Source: an uncultured Rikenellaceae bacterium
GTDB lineage: Bacteria > Bacteroidota > Bacteroidia > Bacteroidales > VadinHA17
Reading direction: 5' to 3'
NCBI GenBank assembly: GCA_964596715.1
Contig: CAZQVL010000001.1
Span: 37,212-101,211 of the forward strand
Length of the DNA stretch: 64,000 bases
Shown: positions 38,243 through 47,285 of the stretch, piece by piece
How positions within the stretch are numbered: position 1 is the first letter of the stretch
Layout: every line of letters starts with the position of its first letter
The notes under the pieces: generated by a model
Told to the model about the DNA's origin: nothing
The model's input: only the letters and a program-made list of their open reading frames with translations
Databases searched by the model: none
Position numbers and translations under genes: made by a program

Positions 38243-40000
38243 ATGAAGCGAATATTCATTATAATGTTTATTACTGCGTTAACCGTAAGTATGCTAACAA
38301 TGAATTCCTGTAACGAAGATTTCCTTGTAAAAGAGCCACCTGGAGCTGCGGCCGAGGCTGTGATGCAAACCTCTGAAGGTGTTGAAGCTCTCTTGATTGG
38401 TTGTTACAGTAATTTGCAAGGACGCTCCAGATTTGGAGATTGCCTGGGAACGGACTGGACTTATGGAAGCGGTGCGTCTGATGATACCTACAAAGGTACA
38501 TCAACAGGTGACCAGACTGCTTTTAATTTGGTTGAGAGGTATGAAGCTCTGCCGAGCAACCCATATATGCGTGACAGATGGCGGGGCTGTTTTGACGGTG
38601 CTGCCCGTTGTAATACCAGTCTGGAATTATTAAAGGCAACACAGCAAGGGGCAAAACCTCTTACCGCTGCCCGGGCAACAGAAGTTGAGGCAGAGCTAAA
38701 GTTTTTAAGAGCCTGGTTCCACTTCAAAGCTACTTTGGTTTTTGAAAAAATTCCATACATCAAAACTCAAACTGAATTAGGAGACGTATTACCTGAAGAA
38801 GTTCCTAATGACTCCGAGGGTTGGGATGATATTGAGGCTGACCTGCAGTTTGCCATCGATAATTTACCTACAACTCATCCGTTAGGCGAAGTTGGTCGTG
38901 CAACTAAATATTCTGCTATGGCCGTAAAAGCGTATGTCCATATGAATCAGGGTGAATTTAGCCTGGCTAAACCCCTGCTGGATGCTATAATAAGCAGCGG
39001 TGAGTTTAGTCTTGTCAGTAATTATTTTGATAATTACGATATGACGCATGAGAATAATTCAGAATCCATTTTTGAATTACAATGTGCCACCAGTGGAAGT
39101 AATAACTCTTCTATGTTAGTGGCAGGTCCTTCTATGCACCAGTCTGGTCCGGCAGGTCTTGGCTGGGGATTCCATCAACCTTCTCAAAACCTTTTCGAGG
39201 CTTTCCAGGTTGACGTTAATGGTTTACCAGTTTTGGACGTAGCTGCTCGCGATCCCATTGTTAATGACATGGGTGTGGGCAGTGGTGAGAATTTCGTACC
39301 AACCAATCACCTGATTGATCCCCGTTGTGACTGGACCATTTCCCGTCGTGGAGTTGATTTCCTGGGCTGGGGTATTTGCGAAGGTGCGTCATGGATTCGT
39401 GAACAGTCAAATGGCGGCCCTTACATGACCAAGAAATTCATGCAAAAATCTTCTGAACAAAGTTTGAATTTTGCTGGAAGAGGTTTTGATAATGGTAAAA
39501 ACTACAGGGCTTATACTTTAGGACATGTATTATTATGGAGAGCTGAAATACATGTAGAAGATAATGAACTTGATGAAGCACGACTGCTTGTAAATCAGAT
39601 CCGTGACCGTGCCAAAAGCAGCGATGTGGTTATGGGACTTTGTACGTCTTACACATTCGGAGCTGGTGACCCTGTTGTAGACTGGAACCAGCCTGCTGCC
39701 AATTATCTGGTAGAACCTTATCCGGCCGGGCACGCTGCTTTCGCTACTCAGGAAGAAGCGAGAAAAGCAGTAAGGCTTGAAACAAGGCTGGAATATGCAA
39801 CCCAGGGTTTCCGATACTTCGATCTGAGACGCTGGGGCATTGCTGATCAGGTGCTGAACGACTATATTGCAGAAGACTCTCAATTCAGGATATTCTTGCA
39901 AGGAGCATTGTATGATCCTGTCCAGGATGATTATTGGCCATTGCCACAAGATCAGCTTGATATTCAGAAAGGTATACTACAACAGGATCCTTCATATTAA
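38243..40000 (+). CDS. SusD/RagB-family nutrient-binding outer-membrane lipoprotein
   Basis: It has a lipoprotein signal (MLTMNSC) and the conserved C-terminal block ER..E...QG.RYFDLRRWG. It lies directly after SusC. The preferred start is ATG 38243. Confidence 0.9.
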   Translation: MKRIFIIMFITALTVSMLTMNSCNEDFLVKEPPGAAAEAVMQTSEGVEALLIGCYSNLQGRSRFGDCLGTDWTYGSGASDDTYKGTSTGDQTAFNLVERYEALPSNPYMRDRWRGCFDGAARCNTSLELLKATQQGAKPLTAARATEVEAELKFLRAWFHFKATLVFEKIPYIKTQTELGDVLPEEVPNDSEGWDDIEADLQFAIDNLPTTHPLGEVGRATKYSAMAVKAYVHMNQGEFSLAKPLLDAIISSGEFSLVSNYFDNYDMTHENNSESIFELQCATSGSNNSSMLVAGPSMHQSGPAGLGWGFHQPSQNLFEAFQVDVNGLPVLDVAARDPIVNDMGVGSGENFVPTNHLIDPRCDWTISRRGVDFLGWGICEGASWIREQSNGGPYMTKKFMQKSSEQSLNFAGRGFDNGKNYRAYTLGHVLLWRAEIHVEDNELDEARLLVNQIRDRAKSSDVVMGLCTSYTFGAGDPVVDWNQPAANYLVEPYPAGHAAFATQEEARKAVRLETRLEYATQGFRYFDLRRWGIADQVLNDYIAEDSQFRIFLQGALYDPVQDDYWPLPQDQLDIQKGILQQDPSY

Positions 40001-40028
40001 TTAATAATGAAGTCCGTATTATTAAAGA

Positions 40029-40058
40029 AAGAGGCTGCATTTGTGGCCTCTTTTTTTT
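40029..40058 (+). terminator. Rho-independent terminator after the susD-like gene
   Basis: AAGAGGC (40029-40035) pairs with GCCTCTT (40046-40052), followed by a T-run to 40058. Confidence 0.6.
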
Positions 40059-40096
40059 GACTGTTCAATACGGCTATTGAATTAAAAAATTAATTT

Positions 40097-41248
40097 ATGA
40101 AATTATTATCTGCAATTACTTTTGGACTTTGCATGCTTCTGCTTGTTAAATGCAATAGTGGTCATTTAAATCATGCATCGGATTTTTTAATCCCCGTCAC
40201 TAAGAACTCAGAGTTAAATCCCGTTTTGAATCCCAGGGCAACCAGTGAATTTTATTGCCCTGTGCGTCAACAACTTGTCAGGTGGGAGGAAAAAGATGTC
40301 TTTAATCCGGCCAGTGTAGTAAAAGGTGATACTCTCTTTTTACTTTACCGTGCTGAAGATACTCTTGGAAAGTATAATGGCACCTCAAGGATAGGGCTGG
40401 CTTATAGCCTTGACGGATATCATTTTAACAGGAAGGATAAACCGGTTCTTTTCCCCTCTGAAGATGAGTACCTCAAGTATGAATGGGAAGGGGGATGTGA
40501 AGATCCGCGCATAGTGGGAGATAAAAATGGGACCTATTATATGACATACACTGCTTATGATGGAGACAAAGCACGTTTATTTATAGCCACATCTGAAGAT
40601 TTAAGGCATTGGACCAAATATGGATCAGTATTCCGGAAAGCCGGTGAAGAGTATATAAATATGTGGTCTAAATCGGGATCAATTATTTGTAATGAACATA
40701 ACGGAAAACTTATTGCAACAAAAATCAATGGAGAATACTGGATGTACTGGGGAGAATCAAACATTTATATGGCTACCTCAAAAAATCTGATCGATTGGAC
40801 TCCTTTGTTGGAAATGGATCCGGCCAAACAGCAACTGGATACAATGAGAAAATACACGAGATCATTCAGGATATTGTTCTCAACAAGGAACGGGATGTTT
40901 GATAGTGAGTTAGTAGAACCAGGTCCCCCGGCAATAATAAGAAAACAGGGAATTCTTTTTATTTACAACAGCAAAAACAGTCCTTCAAAAGGCGATAAGA
41001 ATCTGGCACCCGGAACATATGCTGCCGGGCAAATAATAACTGATAAGGATGATCCAACGAAAGTACTGAAAAGAATGGATAAATGGTTTATCACTCCCGA
41101 TCAGCCGTTTGAGATAACAGGTCAGGTAAATAATGTATGTTTTGTTGAGGGATTGGCATTTTTTAATAATAAATGGTTGTTTTATTATGGCACGGCTGAT
41201 TCTAAAATAGCGGTTGCAGAATCAGATATAAAGAAATCAACCGAGTAA
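40097..41248 (+). CDS. GH130-family glycoside hydrolase/phosphorylase with lipoprotein-type signal peptide
   Basis: The five-bladed-propeller GH130 blocks are present (FNPASVVKGDTLFLLYRAED, EGGCEDPRIV, YYMTYTAYDG, GPP). The N-terminal signal is MLLLVKC. Confidence 0.85.
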   Translation: MKLLSAITFGLCMLLLVKCNSGHLNHASDFLIPVTKNSELNPVLNPRATSEFYCPVRQQLVRWEEKDVFNPASVVKGDTLFLLYRAEDTLGKYNGTSRIGLAYSLDGYHFNRKDKPVLFPSEDEYLKYEWEGGCEDPRIVGDKNGTYYMTYTAYDGDKARLFIATSEDLRHWTKYGSVFRKAGEEYINMWSKSGSIICNEHNGKLIATKINGEYWMYWGESNIYMATSKNLIDWTPLLEMDPAKQQLDTMRKYTRSFRILFSTRNGMFDSELVEPGPPAIIRKQGILFIYNSKNSPSKGDKNLAPGTYAAGQIITDKDDPTKVLKRMDKWFITPDQPFEITGQVNNVCFVEGLAFFNNKWLFYYGTADSKIAVAESDIKKSTE

Positions 41249-41284
41249 CAATATGATATAATAGTCTGGGTGTTTGGGCGACCA

Positions 41285-43063
41285 CTAATTGAAATGAAGA
41301 TAGAACCAGAAAGTGTCACCAAATTCTTTCTGCATTTGTTCTTTGCTTAAAGCCTGGATTTGTCGCAATCCGATATATCTTTCAACATACTGTTCAAAAC
41401 GTAACCGGGTTTCGTTGCTTATTGTAAGTCCACCAAGATCAGGAAGAGCTCCCTTACTGTCGAAATAAGTTAAAGCTGCTTCTTCAATATGACGTGGAAT
41501 TCGCTTATAACCCATGGTTCTCATTTTTTTGATATTATTTACTATTGCCTCAACATTTTTTGTCAGCAAGTGCCAGGCCATTTCATATTCAAATGCTTTT
41601 CTATTATCCGGATTGGTCTGCAATAGCATTGTAAGATTGTTCTGCGGCGATTCCAGCTGGATAAAGAAATTGTTCCCGGGAAGAATCTTAATCATTTCAC
41701 CCAGCTCAGGATGAGCTTTAATACGCTCAGGATCATCAAGCAGCTTTTCATATTCTGCTGCCCAGGTATTATACCAGATGGTCCTTTTCAATATGTTAAT
41801 GTATTTCTCTGCCATCCGGTAATTTCCATTCATAAGGTCGGTTTGAACAAGTAATTTGACATTTTGCGGACGGTAACCATAAACCACCATTTCTTCATAA
41901 GCCCAGCGGTGGGCCTCGTTTATCAGCCCAACAGAATAGAAGAAATAAGCCCCCCACCCGAGGTGTTCGTTGCTCCACGGCAAAATAAGTGAACCAGCGC
42001 CGAAATCCTGCCTTCCTTTGAACAACCTGTCGCATAATTGTTCAGTTTCAGAGAGCGCAATATTATAAAAGTACTGACCGATCCTGTTCCGGGAAGGAAA
42101 ACCTTCATGAAACTCAATCGCTTCATTCCATTTCTTTTCAAAAATAAATTTTTCAAGCTTAATTACCCTGGCAGTCTCGGGATTATAATTTTTAACCATG
42201 AGCAGTATGGTCACAACCAAAACAATTCCGGAGAGGATAATTGTGAAAAACCTGGTATTTATCCATTTGTTTTTTACTGAAACAGCAATTTTTCCGGCAG
42301 CAAGATATAATATCACAATCGGGACAAATAAGCGAAATATGAACTTATGTGTTGGATCATTTATGAAGGGAAGCGGGTACAAGATGAGCTGCCCGACAGA
42401 TTGCAGGAAAAGAATTTCCTTGAAGATGATGAACGAACCGGCAGCTACGCTCAGCAGAATAGCAGGATACAGATACTTTTGTTTCCCTTTAATATAAAAT
42501 AAGCTATACATAACATACATGCCCAGAAAAATCCATGCATAAGCGCCGGTCAGGAAATAGAATAAAGGAAACAGAATTAACATAGTATAGCGATAGCTTC
42601 TTCTTTCGGAATTTATGGTCAGCAGGAAATATAAAAAAACCAGTAGAAATCCGAGATTGTACTCCATCATATGATAATAGTAAGCCTGCATCAATAAAAG
42701 CAGGCAGATGGTTATCAGCAGCAAAATAAATGAAGCTGGTTTACCGGTCATCAACCGCTTGTTGATATTCAGTAGTATAAGTCCCGGTAAGGTCAGAATA
42801 ATAGCGAGGATCAATGACCCCAGTATTTTGCTGGCATAGAACTGTGCAAGAAATTTACCTGCAAGTTCAAGCAAGCCACCAGGCTTTGTTAAGAATTCAT
42901 AAAAGTAATCCCCGGAAAAAATAAACAGAGATTGCTGTTCCTGAAAAAAAAGCAAATAGTCGCCAATCCAGTAAAAATATACGAATACCGCAATGCAGAA
43001 GAATGCAAGTAAATAATGCACATAAGCATCCCCTTTTATTTTTACCTTAGGAAACATCTTCAC
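41285..43063 (-). CDS. Large polytopic membrane protein of unknown function (DUF6057-like): ~9-10 N-terminal TM helices plus a ~290-aa helical C-terminal domain
   Basis: The first ~300 aa are hydrophobic and the C-terminal half is soluble. A GTG start at 43063 overlaps the upstream gene's TGA (GTGA). An alternative ATG lies at 43057. The family name is from memory and was not verified. Confidence 0.7.
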   Translation of the reverse strand: MKMFPKVKIKGDAYVHYLLAFFCIAVFVYFYWIGDYLLFFQEQQSLFIFSGDYFYEFLTKPGGLLELAGKFLAQFYASKILGSLILAIILTLPGLILLNINKRLMTGKPASFILLLITICLLLLMQAYYYHMMEYNLGFLLVFLYFLLTINSERRSYRYTMLILFPLFYFLTGAYAWIFLGMYVMYSLFYIKGKQKYLYPAILLSVAAGSFIIFKEILFLQSVGQLILYPLPFINDPTHKFIFRLFVPIVILYLAAGKIAVSVKNKWINTRFFTIILSGIVLVVTILLMVKNYNPETARVIKLEKFIFEKKWNEAIEFHEGFPSRNRIGQYFYNIALSETEQLCDRLFKGRQDFGAGSLILPWSNEHLGWGAYFFYSVGLINEAHRWAYEEMVVYGYRPQNVKLLVQTDLMNGNYRMAEKYINILKRTIWYNTWAAEYEKLLDDPERIKAHPELGEMIKILPGNNFFIQLESPQNNLTMLLQTNPDNRKAFEYEMAWHLLTKNVEAIVNNIKKMRTMGYKRIPRHIEEAALTYFDSKGALPDLGGLTISNETRLRFEQYVERYIGLRQIQALSKEQMQKEFGDTFWFYLHFN

Positions 43064-44637
43064 TGATGGCTTGCTCTTATACTTTGTGTGCTGTCAACAA
43101 TTGTCTTACTACCAATCCATTCCGGCAGGGAATCCAGAGGATTTGCGGGATTTGCCTGAACCGGTTCCTGCTTTGCTGCATCTTCAAAATCCCGGGGTAC
43201 AAGCCTGATTTTTCCACTTACAAATTCAGGAATATTAAAGGATTCCAGCATCCGGTTGTAAAGTGTCGGATCTTTCTGTGGCAGAACAAAAGGTTTCCTA
43301 TTCTGATCCAAAGAATCAATATACGCAAAATAAGGCCTTGTGCTTCGACCGTCTGATCTTTTACTGCTAAAGACCAGCCATTTACTATTGGTCGACCATG
43401 TGTGGTAACTTTCAGTCTCATCACTGTTCAGGGTCATTTCCCTGATCTCTCCATTTTGAAGGTTAAGTAAATATAAGTCTGCTTCCCGGTGCCAGATCGG
43501 GAAAGTGCCGTAATCATGAAGAGTGAAAATCAAATATTTACCATCAGGAGAAATTCTTGGAAAAGAGACACTTTTGTTTCTTTCATCAGCATTGAAAATA
43601 ATTTCGGTTTTACCGAATGTGCCCGTCGCGGGATCAAATGATTTTCTTGCAAGATTATAATGGGTTGATTCAATATCTTTTAGATCCGGATTGGTGCTTT
43701 TATACCTGTATTCTGCCCTGCAGAAGTATAAATATTTACCATCAGACGACCATGAAGGAAAGGTTTGCAAATAAATCAGAGAGTCCTGGTCCAGTATGTT
43801 TATTATTTCATTCTTTTCCCTGTCATACAGAATCAGAGTGGAAATAAGGTCATAAACCTCAATACTTTTTTTTGCTTCAGCATAAAAGCTCTGTCTTACC
43901 TGATTGGATGAAAATGCCACATATCTTCCATCGGGATGCCATGACGGATAGGTAGCACCGCCAGGCATGGTTTCTATTTTTAGATTTGTCCTGGTTATTT
44001 TCTTATCTTCAACGAAATAGGTTCCGCCTTTCGATCCACGGATGTGAACCAGGAATCTTGCCGGATTATTCTGGTTGAAGGAGTGACAGTTGATACAATT
44101 ATATTCTAGTATCTGATTTTCGATCAGGGATTCTTCCTCGAAACTTTCAATAGACCTCTGTACTATCTTGATCCTGGACCAGCTATAATAACCCGGATGA
44201 ATTACCCGGTAGGTCAGGTAGGGATCAATTGGCTCATTGGATACATACATGAAGAAAGGCTCATATTCTATCATGTTTTTTTTATCCTCACCTGCAGAGT
44301 AAACCTTAACCGTGATTTTGTCACCTTCACAATCCCTGATCAGTTTTTTCCATGATTTTTCAGGAAATCTTATAACTCCATCTGACGATTTTAAATCAAT
44401 CCGGTACTTATTTGTACTACCGGTTGCAGTTACTTTAAAAAAATATCCATCCTCCTTAATAACAAAATTCATCGGGGCAATATTGGGAGGGATGGTTACA
44501 TCAGAATAATCCGGTTCGATATATGGCTTATAATCTATCTTCTGTATTTTTTCGTTGATTTCTGTTTTACAGCTAATTAGAAAAAGAATCCCAGAAAATA
44601 AAATAAACAGCTTATAAAGAATTTTTTTTGATTTCAT
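43060..44637 (-). CDS. TolB-like (PD40 repeat) beta-propeller lipoprotein with a single CXXCH motif
   Basis: It has a lipoprotein signal (FLISC) and CINCH at residues 181-185 (nt 44083-44097). Four PD40-like repeats are visible (PSWHPDGRYVAFSS, PSWSSDGKYLYF, ISPDGKYLIF, WSTNSKWLVFSSKRSDG). Confidence 0.75.
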   Translation of the reverse strand: MKSKKILYKLFILFSGILFLISCKTEINEKIQKIDYKPYIEPDYSDVTIPPNIAPMNFVIKEDGYFFKVTATGSTNKYRIDLKSSDGVIRFPEKSWKKLIRDCEGDKITVKVYSAGEDKKNMIEYEPFFMYVSNEPIDPYLTYRVIHPGYYSWSRIKIVQRSIESFEEESLIENQILEYNCINCHSFNQNNPARFLVHIRGSKGGTYFVEDKKITRTNLKIETMPGGATYPSWHPDGRYVAFSSNQVRQSFYAEAKKSIEVYDLISTLILYDREKNEIINILDQDSLIYLQTFPSWSSDGKYLYFCRAEYRYKSTNPDLKDIESTHYNLARKSFDPATGTFGKTEIIFNADERNKSVSFPRISPDGKYLIFTLHDYGTFPIWHREADLYLLNLQNGEIREMTLNSDETESYHTWSTNSKWLVFSSKRSDGRSTRPYFAYIDSLDQNRKPFVLPQKDPTLYNRMLESFNIPEFVSGKIRLVPRDFEDAAKQEPVQANPANPLDSLPEWIGSKTIVDSTQSIRASHQ

Positions 44638-44780
44638 CCGGTATTATTAATAGCTAAAATTGCTATGCTTAGCGCAAAATTGTTCATAGTATTAAAAGGC
44701 CGCATAATTTGCAATAAAGTCAGATTTTGTTTTAATATTAAAGAGCACCTTTAAAAACTACTTTTTCGCAATGTCATTAA

Positions 44781-44899
44781 TCCGCCTTCGCGTAAAGCTT
44801 CGGCGGACGCGAAGGAAAGGTATAATTGGCTTCGCCGAGCTCGTAAACTCGGTTCCTCGGTGCTTGCACCGTTTTTAGAGTCCAGAGCTTGCTCTGGGG
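44781..44899. repeat. GC-rich hairpin-rich island in the 660-bp gap between the LuxR-type gene and the PD40 operon
   Basis: Three stems are read directly: CCTTCGCG/CGCGAAGG (44785-44792 with 44808-44815), CCGAG/CTCGG (44835-44839 with 44848-44852), and CCAGAGC-TT-GCTCTGG (44882-44897). The island contains AAGCTTCGGCGGAC, related to the AGCTTCAGCG words at 4109-4139. Confidence 0.45.
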
Positions 44900-45297
44900 T
44901 TAATACCGTTTATTTAAAACAAATATATTTATTAGTTTTCTGTAAACCTAATTGTCCCTTCTTCACTCCAGTTAATTTTATTATAATCATTTATACGATA
45001 ATTACATATACATATATTATTATGTCTTTCATATCCGGACATAACTAGTCCATAGCAACAACTGTTTTTAAATGAATAAATCGGCAAATATTGTAAATTA
45101 ATTCATCGGCCTGTACAACCATTCGGCTATTTCTTATTGTTTGTTTTCTGCATATATTCAATTGTATTATGTCGTTTGCAGGACTTAAGGCATGGGAAAC
45201 TTCATTATATTGTGAATCCCGAAAAGAAATTCGAATATCTTTCCTGCCTAAATCATTTTTTAAGAGTTGCAGAGTATCCTCGTCACCCGGACAGGAA

Positions 45298-46230
45298 TCA
45301 TAGTCTTTTCATTTCCTTTACAATATTTATCAGTTGTACCCTGCTTTTAACATTGGTCTTTATATAGATTCTGTGAGTGTGGTCCTTTACTGTTTGAAGG
45401 CTGATAAATAGTTTACCGGATATTTCTTTATTGCTCAGCCCGTTGCAAATTTCGCGGATGATATCTGTTTCCCGGGCCGAGATTTCGAATTTCTTGCAAA
45501 ATTCTTCGAACGATAAATCCCTGGCACCCTCTTCACTAAAGACTGTTAAAAGAGTACCATAAGTAAGATAGACCGGCAGAAATGTATTTCCAGCAAAAAA
45601 TGTGAAAACGAATATTAGTCCAAGGTAAACCTGTGATTTATAGAACAGGAGAGGGGTGATTTGTGCCAGCATAGCAAATATTATTGCCAGGGAGATAACT
45701 TTCCCATCGTAATCATGAATAACTGATTTTTTTCTGACCGGGAATAATAGCAAACCTGCAGCAATGACAGAATAGAGGCAATTCATGAAGATAAAGTAAT
45801 ATCTGATAAGAGTAGCCGGATTTATTTCACTGGTTCTTGCTATCAGAAAGCCTGCAACGAAAATCACAGCAAAATTGATCAGGAGAAACCAGAATATCAA
45901 CCAGTTGTTTTTTCTTCTTCCTGAGATAGTCCCCGAAAACTGAACAAGCATGAGCCATGCAAATATCAGGAAAGGTAATCCCAGAAGGATTGAGATGTTA
46001 GTGATTCTCATAAGAAGGTCGCCGGAAATATAAGGTGAGAGAAATGACCTGATTACTACCTGTCCCCAGATACCGTAAAAGCCGAAAGTAAAAATAAAGA
46101 CCTGGAAATAAAGAAGGGTAGAGAAGATCTCCGACCTGTATTTATTCCGTAACCGGGATGCAAGTACTATTCCTCCCGCAGCCATGGCAACCGACAGAAT
46201 AAAGATCAGATATACCAGGTATTGTAACAT
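45298..46230 (-). CDS. Membrane-integral (about 7 TM) LuxR/NarL-family HTH transcriptional regulator
   Basis: The C-terminal ~60 aa form a LuxR-type HTH (ISARETDIIREICNGLSNKEISGKLFISLQTVKDHTHRIYIKTNV). The N-terminal ~240 aa are hydrophobic helices. There is no receiver domain. Confidence 0.8.
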   Translation of the reverse strand: MLQYLVYLIFILSVAMAAGGIVLASRLRNKYRSEIFSTLLYFQVFIFTFGFYGIWGQVVIRSFLSPYISGDLLMRITNISILLGLPFLIFAWLMLVQFSGTISGRRKNNWLIFWFLLINFAVIFVAGFLIARTSEINPATLIRYYFIFMNCLYSVIAAGLLLFPVRKKSVIHDYDGKVISLAIIFAMLAQITPLLFYKSQVYLGLIFVFTFFAGNTFLPVYLTYGTLLTVFSEEGARDLSFEEFCKKFEISARETDIIREICNGLSNKEISGKLFISLQTVKDHTHRIYIKTNVKSRVQLINIVKEMKRL

Positions 46231-46280
46231 TCTATAAAGATATAAAAATAGCTGTAAACCTATCGGATAAAGTTAAACAC

Positions 46281-46337
46281 TACTAAAGTATTGTAATCCA
46301 TACTTAAGTAGGAAATTTTATAATCACTACTATAGTA
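46281..46337. promoter_or_regulatory. Three 10-bp palindromes TACTnnAGTA in the divergent promoter (candidate operator sites)
   Basis: The sites are TACTAAAGTA at 46281-46290, TACTTAAGTA at 46301-46310 and TACTATAGTA at 46328-46337. Sites 1 and 3 share the extended sequence CACTACTA.AGTAT. Confidence 0.4.
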
Positions 46338-46404
46338 TGAAGTCTGTTAGAAATAGTGGGTTTACATTTGCCTAAGACAATGTTCATAAATTTATTAATA
46401 AAAA

Positions 46405-47151
46405 ATGTTAAGTATGGAAACAGTTAATGATTACAAATTAATTCCGACCTTCGGGGACAGCTTCGGAACAGGTTGGAGGGTAATGATGGATAATTTTCTC
46501 AGGTTGTTACTTGTTGTATTTATCCTTGCCATTGTTGCAGCTCCTTATAAGATATTCGATATTAAAATCGATCCTTCAGATTTTCCCTGGTCGCCCTGGA
46601 AATGGAATGGTGACTGGGAACACTTTTTCGGATTGGCTTCTCTGGGGATTTTTGCAGCATTCTTTGCACTGATTGCATTTCTCTATTCTTTTCTTGTTGC
46701 ACCTGTGTTTCAATATGGAGGGAAGCTGATATTTGTAGAATCTGTAAGAAGGAAAAAGCCCGATTTTGAGATTCTGATCAGGGGATTCATGGATAATTAC
46801 CTGCATATCATCCTGGCTAATCTGCTGGTTTTTGCCCTGGTTATCATGGGGATCTTTGTACTCATCATTCCAGGGATAATTATAGCATGCAGGCTTGCCT
46901 TCGTATCATATATTGTGATGGATAAAAAGCTCGATCCTATTGAAGCTGTGGAGCTAAGCTGGAAGCTTACCCGGGGTCATGGCTGGACGATCTTTCTGAT
47001 GGGTTTTGTATCATTCTTCATCATAATATTGGGACTTTGCCTTCTTATAGTAGGAATTTTTCCTGCAATAATGTGGGTATCAAGTTCATTTGCAACTCTT
47101 TATCAGTCGGTTCTGCTTGAAAAGGAGAAACCTGCTGAGCAGTTGACATGA
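46405..47151 (+). CDS. Integral membrane protein of unknown function (DUF975/YciC-like topology)
   Basis: The 248-aa protein has about 5 TM helices and is divergent from the LuxR-type gene. The family assignment is tentative. Confidence 0.6.
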   Translation: MLSMETVNDYKLIPTFGDSFGTGWRVMMDNFLRLLLVVFILAIVAAPYKIFDIKIDPSDFPWSPWKWNGDWEHFFGLASLGIFAAFFALIAFLYSFLVAPVFQYGGKLIFVESVRRKKPDFEILIRGFMDNYLHIILANLLVFALVIMGIFVLIIPGIIIACRLAFVSYIVMDKKLDPIEAVELSWKLTRGHGWTIFLMGFVSFFIIILGLCLLIVGIFPAIMWVSSSFATLYQSVLLEKEKPAEQLT

Positions 47152-47214
47152 CCTCATCCCCCTGGCCTCCTGAGGTAAAAACACACTCATTATCTTAAAG
47201 ATAATTTTCTGGTC

Positions 47215-47244
47215 AAAGAGGCTGTATAAGAATGCAGCCTCTTT
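47215..47244. terminator. 10-bp stem-loop in a convergent intergenic region (possible bidirectional terminator)
   Basis: AAAGAGGCTG (47215-47224) pairs with CAGCCTCTTT (47235-47244). Only a short T tract follows on the plus strand. Confidence 0.45.
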
Positions 47245-47285
47245 GAATTAGACTTTGTTTTACATTGGTAAGCCCCCCTAAATCA

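Noticed and set aside
44860-45367. Track ORFs of 62 aa and 76 aa (plus strand) in the 660-bp gap upstream of the PD40 operon.
   Set aside because: The products are Ile/Tyr/Phe-rich, typical of translated AT-rich non-coding DNA. One runs into the 3' end of the LuxR-type gene on the opposite strand. There is no start context or homology.
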